Assembly: GCA_003235555.1 (NCBI GenBank)
Contig: QJVY01000092.1
Location: forward strand, 17,257-81,256
Direction of reading: 5' to 3'
Origin: Ignavibacteria bacterium
Lineage (GTDB): Bacteria > Bacteroidota > Ignavibacteria > UBA10030 > SZUA-254
Length of the DNA: 64,000 nucleotides
Shown: piece after piece, positions 17,122-26,816 of the stretch
How positions within the stretch are numbered: the stretch's first letter is position 1
Layout of the letters: each line of letters begins with the position of its first letter
Notes under the pieces: model-generated
The model's database searches: none
What the model was told of the DNA's origin: nothing
What the model saw: only the letters and a program-made list of their open reading frames with translations
Program-made: the position numbers and the translations under genes

Positions 17122-17170
17122 GCATCCGGATGAAACTGTCTTCTTTTTGAGAAATGATTATCCCGGATGC
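17122..17170. promoter_or_regulatory. Inverted repeat, a candidate enhancer-binding-protein (UAS) site.
   Basis: GCATCCGGA-(30 nt)-TCCCGGATGC, located 60-110 bp upstream of the sigma-54 promoter at 17050-17065. Confidence 0.25.
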
Positions 17171-17216
17171 ATATCCGACCGGAAAAAAGCCGGTATTGGA
17201 GGGTTCCGGGGGCACC

Positions 17217-17633
17217 TCAATTCACGGAGTTCAGGATCTTCCGGACGAGTGAAACCATAAAGTTGAGGTTGAACGGTTTTTCAACGAAATAGTCCACCAT
17301 CCTGCTTTTCCCCACCTCTTCGAGTGACTCCTCCCCGTGTTCGATCGCCAGTACGAGGGGGGTCCTCCCCGAGATCGTCTTGATCCGCACCGCAAGTTCC
17401 AGGCCGTCCATCCCGGGGAGGTGGTAGTCGCTGATCACAAGGTCGACCGGTCCCTCGTTGAATTTCCGGAGAGCATCCTCGCCGCATTCCACGACATCTG
17501 GATCATAGCCGGCGCGCCCGAGGGCGTTCGCCATTGACCAGCCCAGGAGCGCTTCGTCTTCGACGATCAGGATCTTCTTGACATCCCGTGAGGGTACGGG
17601 TGGCGGGAGGGAATATGGTGAATTATTCAGCAC
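17217..17633 (-). CDS. Stand-alone response-regulator receiver (CheY-like).
   Basis: KKILIVEDE...DLVISDYHLPGMDGLEL...K receiver motifs. 138 aa with no output domain. Confidence 0.75.
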   Translation of the reverse strand: MLNNSPYSLPPPVPSRDVKKILIVEDEALLGWSMANALGRAGYDPDVVECGEDALRKFNEGPVDLVISDYHLPGMDGLELAVRIKTISGRTPLVLAIEHGEESLEEVGKSRMVDYFVEKPFNLNFMVSLVRKILNSVN

Positions 17634-17667
17634 CGTAACCGGTTGCGATCTGTGTGCGTACAGGAAG

Positions 17668-17682
17668 GCAAACTTTATGCCA
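17668..17682 (-). promoter_or_regulatory. Sigma-54-type promoter for the stand-alone receiver gene.
   Basis: Minus-sense TGGCATaaagtTTGC, 35-49 nt upstream of the start at 17633. Confidence 0.45.
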
Positions 17683-17804
17683 CCGCCAGAAAGGGGGATT
17701 GAGGCGTGGGTGTATGGTTATCGGCCGGTGGCGCGTAAGGGCACTGATCGTGATGACCCGTTTGTGTCAAATCACCCAGAGAGAGGCTCCGGTGCCGCGG
17801 ATGG

Positions 17805-19165
<1,361 letters not shown>

Positions 19166-19166
<1 letters not shown>

Positions 19167-20689
19167 TACGATTTGTCCTTCGCGATCTCCCCGGGATCGA
19201 CGGGGAGGCGTACACGGCAGGTCGTCCCTGCCTGGTCCCCGCTTTCGAGGGAGATGGTACCATGGTGCTGTTCAACGATGCGCCGGGAGATGGTCAGCCC
19301 CAGACCGGTCCCCTGGTGCTTGGTCGTGTAGAACGGCCTGAAAATATTTTCACGTTCGGCCGGGGCGATCCCCTTCCCGGTGTCGCGGACGGTCACCGTC
19401 ACCGACCCGTTCCCGCCCTCGGTCGCGACGCTCACCCGCCCACCGTCGTCGGCGGCCTGCACGGCGTTTAAAATGACGTTCCAGAGGAGCTGCTGGAGGA
19501 GTTTCCTGTCCGCCGTCAGCCGCGGCAGCTCCCTGTCGAGCGACAGGTCGACCGTCACGTTTTTCTTCAACGCCTGCGAGGTCATGATCGAGACCGTCCG
19601 GTCGATGATGCCGTTCAGGTCGGTGAGGTCGAACCTGGGCGGGGAGGGCCTCGCGTAGCTCAGCAGGTCGTTGACCGCGAGGTTCATCCGCTCCATCTGC
19701 ACCATCATCTCCTGGAGTATCGGTTTGTTCGGGTCGACGTCGGCCAGGTCTGAATCGATCACCTGGAGCGCCCCCAGGACCCCCGCCAGCGGGTTTCGGA
19801 TTTCATGCGCCATGCTGGCCGCCATCTCACCGGTGGTCGCCAGCCGGTCGGCGTGCTCCAGCTGTTCATGGTGGAGTTGATGGAGGCGCCCGTGGGCCTC
19901 GTTCAACCGCTCCACCAGTGTGTTGAACGTGGTGATCAGGTCGGAAATTTCATCGTTTCTCGGAGACGGTTCCAGCGTGGAAAAAATCACCGGCTGCCCC
20001 TTTTCGACCCCCGCCAGCTGGTTCTGCAGCGTCCCCATCCGCTGCCGCAGAGTGGAAACGGGCCGGATCACCAGGACGAGCAGCGCCCCGGAAATGACCA
20101 GGCCGATTCCGCCGAACGTCACGATCGTCATCAGGATGTTCATCGTCCGGTGGTTCATGGACGCCTCCTGGATGTGGCCCATGGTGATCTTGACGGCCAT
20201 GTATCCGAGGACAGGTGCGGTGCCCGCGTGACATCCCGAGCAGCTCGGTTTCCTCTCGAGCGGCGTGAGGACGTACTGGAAGGGGGTCCCATCTTCCGTC
20301 CGCGAGAGGAACATCCCCCCGGGGAAACCTTCGCTCTCCCGGTACTCCGAGATCCGGAAGACCCGTCCGGAACTGTCCGGTACCGTGCTCACGCTGATTC
20401 CACCGTCGGGTTTGAGTAAGAACAGTGCCGCGATGTGGCCGGTGGAGTCTATCGTCCGCATGGCCGCCTGGAGGTGACTTTTTTCACCCTGGAGCATCAT
20501 GAATTCCACCACCCCCCTGCCGTACCGTGCGAGCGTGTACGCCTTGTCCCGTCCGTACTCGTTCAACATCTCCGTGCCCGTCCTGTAGGCGAAGTACGCG
20601 AAGCTGCCGCCGGCCACGACCAGGGCCGCCGCGACCGCCGCGATCATCTTCCGCCCGACGGAGTTGAATATTCGGGGGAGCATGGTCAT
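19166..20689 (-). CDS. Sensor histidine kinase with a heme-c (CxxCH) motif in its periplasmic sensor domain.
   Basis: TM1 at about residues 15-35 and TM2 at about 183-208 flank a ~145-aa periplasmic domain containing CSGCH. The cytoplasmic part carries HisKA (HEIRNPL) and HATPase_c. The start overlaps the ccmF stop by 4 nt, and the stop overlaps the NtrC start by 1 nt. Confidence 0.85.
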
Positions 20690-22944
20690 ACCATGGTCAC
20701 TGCGTCCGACTTCAGCCGTTTGACAAATGCGAGCAGGGTACCCCCGATGATGAACACGACGCCCGTCCAGAGCACCATCATCATCGGGATCATGCTGACA
20801 TCCAGCAGGAGCGCGGTGTTCTGCGGGGAGGACTCGTCCCCCTCGAAACCATGGAATTCCAGCAGGATTTTTTTGGCCTCGACCTGCATGCCGGCCAGGA
20901 TGACCTGGGGTTGCACCGTCCCCTTCGAGGGGTTGACCAGGGCCGGCAGGTCGACGGGCCCCGATTCCCGTTCACCGTTGCGGTTGAACGCGACCGTGGG
21001 GACGACGGAGTGGTCGTTCCCGTGGACGGGAACGTTGAGAACCGCTCCCACCATCATCGCGCCGGACTCGCTGTGCTGGGTCATGTCGAACTTCCGGAAC
21101 TCGATCTCGTAGCCATTGATGGATTTCTTCTCCCCCATGACGAGCTCCAGGGACGGATGGTTGTGGCCGCCCCCCGAACCCTGAAGTTCCATCGGGGAGA
21201 GGTAGAGGTCCTTGAGGGGCAGGACCCTGATGTGCGGCTCGCGCATGACACCCTTGTTGTATTCGCTGTAATAGAGTTTCGGCGTGGCCGCGAACTTCGA
21301 GACCCCGTCGGAGATTTCCAGGACGACGACGTTTTTCGCGTCGGGGGCCGGCTCCATGCCCCTGAAGGTGACGTCATAGCCGAACACACTCTGAGGCTCG
21401 TTCTCCTTCAACAGCACCTTCCGTGATTCCGTGAAGTTCCCCGATCCGACGATCCCGAGCATCAGCAGGGCCGCTCCGATGTGGCCGATCGGCCCGCCGA
21501 GCCCCAGGAACCCTGAGCGGTACTGCCTGAATGCAATGATCGAATTGCTGATCAGCGCGAATGCCGACATCGCGGTGAACAGGAGCATCATCGGCTCGGT
21601 GACGCCGGCCACGAACGCGATGACACCCCCAAGGACCGTCAGCACCAGCGGCAGGGAAAGCCGCCTCAGCAGCGACGCGGTATTGTCCCCCGCCCAGCCG
21701 AGAAAGGGTGTCACGCCCAGCAGGAGCGCCATCACGATCGCCACCGGCAGGTTGACCCTGTTGTAGAAGGAGATGTCCACCTGGGATGCCTTTCCCACCA
21801 GCCCGGTGAGGATCGGCGACGACATTCCGACGAAGGTGAACGCCGCGCAGGCCGAAAGCGCGTAGATGCTGAGCACGAGGAAGATTTCCCGGTAGAACGA
21901 GTGGTGGTCCACCGGCGGCGATTTGATTTCCCGGAACCGCCTGAAAAACATCCCGAATCCGAAGAGCGCTGTCGCCAGCATGACCGCGACGAGGTAGTTG
22001 TTGATTCCGAGGTCGACGAAGGAGTGCACGGAAAAATCCGCGAGGACACCGCTGCGGGTCAGGAAGGTCGCATAGAGGACCAGTAAAAAAACGATGATGG
22101 CGAGGAACATGTTCGTCCGCCGGAGGGACCCCCTTCCCCTCTCGACGACCATTCCGTGGATGAGCGCCAGCATCATCAGCCAGGGGACCAGGGAGGAATT
22201 TTCCACCGGGTCCCACCCCCAGTACCCGCCCCATCCCAGGACTTCGTAGGCCCAGAATCCTCCGATGATGATCCCCGCGCCGAGCATGGTCCCCGCAAAG
22301 AGCGTCCATCTGAACCCGAACGTCTTCCAGGCATCGTATTTCCGCGTCGTGAGGCCGGCCATCACGAGCGCGAAGGGAAAGATCGCCGCGGCGTAGCCCA
22401 CGAACAGAATCGGCGGATGGATGGCCATCCAGGGGTCCTGCAGGAGTGGGTTCATCCCCTGCCCGTCCGGCGGTACCATCTTTGTCATCTCGAACGGGCT
22501 CTGTACCAGCATCAGGAGATGTAAAAACGCGATATAGAGGCACACCACCGCGGGCGCGACCCCGGACCTGATCCCCTGCTTATGGATTAAAACGAGTCCC
22601 ATCAGCGCCACCATCAGGGCCCAGAGGAGGAATGTTCCTTCCTGTCCCGCCCAGAAAGAGGAGATGAGGTAGAGCATCGGCAGCGAACGTGAACTGTAAT
22701 GCGCCACGTAGGCGTATTCGAAGGAGTGGGTGAGGAGATGATAGTAGAGCAGGATCGACGAAGCGATGACCGACACGGTCGCGACGTGGTAGAGCTGTAT
22801 CGCGGCACGCGGCGGCGTCCCCCCTCTATTCCCCCTTTGCGCCCGGTTTTTCGGGTCCTGTCTGCCCGGTGCGGTGAAGAAAAACCACGCGGCGCCGAGC
22901 GACGCCAGGAACGTGATGAGTATGGTCAACTGGCCGGAATTCAT
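20686..22944 (-). CDS. ccmF: Cytochrome c-type biogenesis heme lyase CcmF/NrfE family.
   Basis: Polytopic, 752 aa. Diagnostic CcmF motifs: WAGQEGTFLLWA, NPLLQDPWMAIHPPILFVGY and the WWD region WAYEVLGWGGYWGWDPVENSSLVPWL, followed by a CcmF C-terminal domain. Confidence 0.85.
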   Translation of the reverse strand: MNSGQLTILITFLASLGAAWFFFTAPGRQDPKNRAQRGNRGGTPPRAAIQLYHVATVSVIASSILLYYHLLTHSFEYAYVAHYSSRSLPMLYLISSFWAGQEGTFLLWALMVALMGLVLIHKQGIRSGVAPAVVCLYIAFLHLLMLVQSPFEMTKMVPPDGQGMNPLLQDPWMAIHPPILFVGYAAAIFPFALVMAGLTTRKYDAWKTFGFRWTLFAGTMLGAGIIIGGFWAYEVLGWGGYWGWDPVENSSLVPWLMMLALIHGMVVERGRGSLRRTNMFLAIIVFLLVLYATFLTRSGVLADFSVHSFVDLGINNYLVAVMLATALFGFGMFFRRFREIKSPPVDHHSFYREIFLVLSIYALSACAAFTFVGMSSPILTGLVGKASQVDISFYNRVNLPVAIVMALLLGVTPFLGWAGDNTASLLRRLSLPLVLTVLGGVIAFVAGVTEPMMLLFTAMSAFALISNSIIAFRQYRSGFLGLGGPIGHIGAALLMLGIVGSGNFTESRKVLLKENEPQSVFGYDVTFRGMEPAPDAKNVVVLEISDGVSKFAATPKLYYSEYNKGVMREPHIRVLPLKDLYLSPMELQGSGGGHNHPSLELVMGEKKSINGYEIEFRKFDMTQHSESGAMMVGAVLNVPVHGNDHSVVPTVAFNRNGERESGPVDLPALVNPSKGTVQPQVILAGMQVEAKKILLEFHGFEGDESSPQNTALLLDVSMIPMMMVLWTGVVFIIGGTLLAFVKRLKSDAVTMV

Positions 22945-23037
22945 GATGTATTCTCGTGATCGGTATTGGAGTGCACGTCTTCATTCGAGGGAAAGCGACA
23001 TCAAAATCCAGAATTTCTTCCCTTTCCGGGCAATAAT

Positions 23038-23052
23038 GCAATCTTTATGCCA
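23038..23052 (-). promoter_or_regulatory. Sigma-54-type promoter for the ccmF-kinase-NtrC operon.
   Basis: Minus-sense TGGCATaaagaTTGC, about 95-108 nt upstream of the ccmF start at 22944. Confidence 0.45.
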
Positions 23053-23202
23053 GAGCGGGATATCGGTCAGGACGGGTGGGTTTTTTCACCCACCCCCGGC
23101 GGAGGGGGCCCTTTTTTTCAGCGGTGAAAAATATTACATCAAAACGATCTCAGAAATGACTCGGACTCGGTATATCGAAATGGAGGGGATGATCAGGTCG
23201 GG

Positions 23203-24564
23203 CTATTTTTCGGTCGATATGGAAAGTTCTTTGATCCTACGGTATAACGTGGGCAGGCTGATTTGAAGTGATTTCGCCGTCTTTTCCTTGTCGAAATCGT
23301 TTTTCCTGAGGACGGCGACGATGTATTCCCTGGCGAGGTCGTTCACCACCTGGTCGAGGGATTTGTCCCCGTCGGCGGAGGGGACGGGCGGATAATTGTG
23401 GAAGGTGTCGGGGAGATCGGCAACGGTAATGGAGTCCCCCTTCGCGAAGATGACCGCACGCTCCACGATATTCTCCAGTTCCCGGACCTCCCCTCTCCAC
23501 GGGTGGTGGATCAGCAGGCGCATGACCTCCTGGTCGACCCCCTGCATCTTTCTGCCCATCTCCGACGAAAATTTTTCGAGGAAATGGTTGACCAGTATCG
23601 GGATGTCTTCCTTTCTTTCCGTCAGCGACGGCAGCCGGATTTCGACAATGTTGAGACGGTAGAAGAGGTCCTCGCGGAACCTTCCTGCTTCGATTTCTTT
23701 GCGGAGGTCCCGGTTGGTCGTCGCGATGAACCTCACGTCGACGGCCTGGGGTTCCGACGTCCCCACCGGAACGATTTCCTTCTGCTCGATCGCGCGCAGG
23801 AGTTTCACCTGGAGCTGGACCGGCATCTCGCTGATCTCGTCGAGCAGGAGCGTTCCCCCGTCGGCGGCCTTGAAGTAGCCCCCGCGGTCGGCGAGCGCCC
23901 CGGTGAAGGATCCTTTTTTATGGCCGAAGAGTTCGCTCTCGATGAGAGATTCGGGGATCGCGCCGCAGTTGACCGCGATGAAGGGCCTGTCGGCCCGCGG
24001 GCTGTTGGCATGGACCGCCCTCGCCACCATCTCCTTCCCCGTTCCGCTCTTCCCGGTGATGAGGACGGTCCCGTCGGTCGCCGAGATCCGCCGGACCGTG
24101 TCGAAGATCCGTTCCATCGCGGGACTCTGCCCGATGAGGTTCTTGAAGTCCACCCCACCGCTCGCTTCCTCGCGAAGGTACTGGTTTTCCCAGATGAGTT
24201 TCCTGTGCTCGAGCAGCCGCCGGATTTTGAGAGTGAGCTCGTCGAATTCGATCGGCTTCAGGATGTAGTCGTTCGCACCCTTGCGCAGCGCCGCGATAGC
24301 GGTCTCCATCGACCCGTACGCGGTGATGATCACGACGATGGTCTGGGGGCTGAGCTCCTTGATTTTTTCGAGGAGTTCCATCCCCTTCATTTCCGGCATC
24401 TCGAGGTCGGTGATCACCAGGTCGTACGATTTTTCGACGAACTTGTCGTAGGCCACCCTCCCGTTCGGGGCCTCCTCGACGCGGAACCCCTCCTTCTTCA
24501 GGATGAACGATGCGGATTCCCTGATGATCTGTTCGTCGTCGACGATGAGTATCGTGTCTGCCAT
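23203..24564 (-). CDS. Sigma-54-dependent response regulator (NtrC family), second copy.
   Basis: Receiver domain (ILIVDDE..DLVITDLEMP), then an AAA+ sigma-54 activator domain (GKSGTGKE..), then HTH. 453 aa. Confidence 0.9.
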   Translation of the reverse strand: MADTILIVDDEQIIRESASFILKKEGFRVEEAPNGRVAYDKFVEKSYDLVITDLEMPEMKGMELLEKIKELSPQTIVVIITAYGSMETAIAALRKGANDYILKPIEFDELTLKIRRLLEHRKLIWENQYLREEASGGVDFKNLIGQSPAMERIFDTVRRISATDGTVLITGKSGTGKEMVARAVHANSPRADRPFIAVNCGAIPESLIESELFGHKKGSFTGALADRGGYFKAADGGTLLLDEISEMPVQLQVKLLRAIEQKEIVPVGTSEPQAVDVRFIATTNRDLRKEIEAGRFREDLFYRLNIVEIRLPSLTERKEDIPILVNHFLEKFSSEMGRKMQGVDQEVMRLLIHHPWRGEVRELENIVERAVIFAKGDSITVADLPDTFHNYPPVPSADGDKSLDQVVNDLAREYIVAVLRKNDFDKEKTAKSLQISLPTLYRRIKELSISTEK

Positions 24565-24591
24565 GGTTATCGCTTGATGATGTGCACGGTG

Positions 24592-26094
24592 TCAGATGTC
24601 CGTCTTCCGGGGAGCAGCGGGACGCCCGGGCGCCCCCGGCTGCGGTTTCACGCCCCCGTGGAGCGGCAGTGTGATCGTAAATGTCGTCCCCTCCCCCACG
24701 AGGCTGTCCACCCGGATTTCTCCATCGAAACTCTTGATGATCCCGTAACTGATCCAGAGACCGAGGCCGGTGCCCTCCCCCACCTGTTTCGTCGTGAAGA
24801 ACGGCTCGAAGATCTTGGCGAGGTGTTCGTCGCTGATCCCCCTGCCGTTGTCCGAGATTTCGGTGACGACGGAGTCCCCGTCGGCGCGGGTCCTGCAGAT
24901 GATTTTCCCCGTCCGTTCTCCGGGCGGCACCGCCGCGAATTTATCATCCACCGCGTCCACGGCGTTGATCAGTACGTTAACGAACACCTGCTGGATCTGG
25001 TCCGAGACCACCGCCAGGCGCGGCAGGTTGTCCGCGGTGTGGACTTCGAGGGCGACCGTTTTCGCCTTCCTGGCCACACCGACGATGGCGGTCGCTTCCC
25101 GCAGGCACGCGTTGACGTCCGTCAGCTGGATTTCGTAGTTCGAGCGGCGGGAGAAATCGACCAGGTCACGGATGATCCGCGATATCCTGTTCACCTGGTT
25201 TTTGATGAGTTCAAGCTTGTCCCGCGTGAAGGCGTCCTCGGTCGTCCTTTCCAGCACCTGCACCAGCGAGGAGATGGACGTGAGCGGATTGCCCACTTCG
25301 TGCGCGATTCCGGCCGTCAGCAATCCCATGCTCTCCATCTTCTGCGCCTGGAGGAGATGCTTCTCGAGGGATTTCTGTTCGGTGATGTCCCGGTGGATGC
25401 CGAAATATCCGACCACCGTACCGTCGCCGTCGAGGATCGGCGAAATCAGCAACTGTGTATGGAATGGTTCCCCGCCGCGTTTCCGGTTCTCCACCTCCCC
25501 CGTCCAGACCTTCCCGGCCTTGATGGTCTCCCACATCTTCTTCCAGAATATCGCGGGGTGTTTCCCGCTGGAAAAGATGTTCGGGTTCCTGCCGATGAGT
25601 TCCGCGCCGGAATACCCGCTCGCGGCCTCGAATGCGGGGTTGACGTAGATGATCCGGCCTTCGGGGTCAGTGATTTCGAGGGGGTTGACGGTGTGGTGTG
25701 CGAGGTTCGAAAACCTCAGGAAGTCGAGGTCTTTCTTCTTCTCTTCCGATATATCGCGGCCGATAGCCAGGATGACGGCTCCGTGGTCTCCCTTCAGGGG
25801 GGAAAACGAAAACGACACTACCCGTTCGTCCCCGTCATCCCCTGCGAGCGTCAATTCGGTCCCGTCCGTACCACCGGTCCCGGACTCGTCCATCGCCCTC
25901 CTGAAAGCCGCCCGTGTCGATGGTGAGAGGAACTCCTCCATAGACCTGCCCGCAGGACTCATCCTCCCTGCTCCGAGGGTCTTCATGGTGGTGGTGTTCA
26001 GGTGCACGATGGAGCCGTCGGGGTTCAGGAGGAGGCAGAAATATGGAATTGCGTCGAGCAGGGATACCGGGATGGAATCCCGTCTCGCGCTCAT
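24592..26094 (-). CDS. PAS-domain sensor histidine kinase (cytoplasmic).
   Basis: Two PAS-like regions, HisKA ([10 protein letters not shown]) and HATPase_c. No TM segments. Lies immediately upstream of the NtrC-type regulator. Confidence 0.85.
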   Translation of the reverse strand: MSARRDSIPVSLLDAIPYFCLLLNPDGSIVHLNTTTMKTLGAGRMSPAGRSMEEFLSPSTRAAFRRAMDESGTGGTDGTELTLAGDDGDERVVSFSFSPLKGDHGAVILAIGRDISEEKKKDLDFLRFSNLAHHTVNPLEITDPEGRIIYVNPAFEAASGYSGAELIGRNPNIFSSGKHPAIFWKKMWETIKAGKVWTGEVENRKRGGEPFHTQLLISPILDGDGTVVGYFGIHRDITEQKSLEKHLLQAQKMESMGLLTAGIAHEVGNPLTSISSLVQVLERTTEDAFTRDKLELIKNQVNRISRIIRDLVDFSRRSNYEIQLTDVNACLREATAIVGVARKAKTVALEVHTADNLPRLAVVSDQIQQVFVNVLINAVDAVDDKFAAVPPGERTGKIICRTRADGDSVVTEISDNGRGISDEHLAKIFEPFFTTKQVGEGTGLGLWISYGIIKSFDGEIRVDSLVGEGTTFTITLPLHGGVKPQPGAPGRPAAPRKTDI

Positions 26095-26244
26095 CCCCGC
26101 CGCAGGAGCTCTCCTTCGACTTTTCGTTGTCTGCCGCGGTTTCGGAATAACGGACTCCCGGGATGGGTATGGAGCATTCTCAGAATTGATAAAATATAGT
26201 GTATCCGGGAGGGAATTCCAACTTACCGGGGATCCCCCGGGGCC

Positions 26245-26739
26245 TCACCTCTGGCGACGCTGGAGGCTGTCGGGCGGATAGGTGGATTTCATGTATGCCC
26301 GGGAATCCTGGACCCACGCGTTCAGAAGGTCCTTCTGTTCAATGGTGAGGGATGCGTGGCGGTGGACGAGGAGGTAGGACGGGAGGGGCATTTCGCCGAG
26401 GTCGATCTGCTCGGTGATTTCTTCGAGCTTATGGTATTGCCGTCGGAGGCTCGAGACGGCGAAATCTGAAAAGTTCAGGTGTTGTTTGGCCTCCCTGATA
26501 TGGTCGTCGAGCCACCAGCCGACCGGCTGGACCTCGAAATACCACGGGTACCGGGTCTCCTCACTGTGGCAGTCATAGCAGGACTCCCGGAGGATCGCCG
26601 CGACGGTGTCGGGAACAGGAAGAGCAGTGGAGATATCCTTCGAGAGGTCGGGCGCGGCCGTGTTCTTCTCCGGCCGGATGAACTGGACGATCACGAACAC
26701 GACGAAGAGGAGTATGAGAACGGTTTTGATGATTTTCAT
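26245..26739 (-). CDS. Single-heme 'haem-binding domain' protein (CxxCH), membrane-anchored.
   Basis: N-terminal TM/signal anchor. SCYDCHSEETRYPWYF resembles the Haem_bd domain family. Confidence 0.5.
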   Translation of the reverse strand: MKIIKTVLILLFVVFVIVQFIRPEKNTAAPDLSKDISTALPVPDTVAAILRESCYDCHSEETRYPWYFEVQPVGWWLDDHIREAKQHLNFSDFAVSSLRRQYHKLEEITEQIDLGEMPLPSYLLVHRHASLTIEQKDLLNAWVQDSRAYMKSTYPPDSLQRRQR

Positions 26740-26816
26740 GGTTCCACCTGATGGTCGCCTGATCTCAAGATAACCATTCGGGGAACAAAATCCATCATCC
26801 TACCCCCGCCGTCGGC

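Noticed and set aside
23398-25926. 842-aa plus-strand ORF spanning the NtrC and PAS-kinase genes.
   Set aside because: Spans two genes in antisense. Low-complexity Arg/Asp/Pro-rich product.
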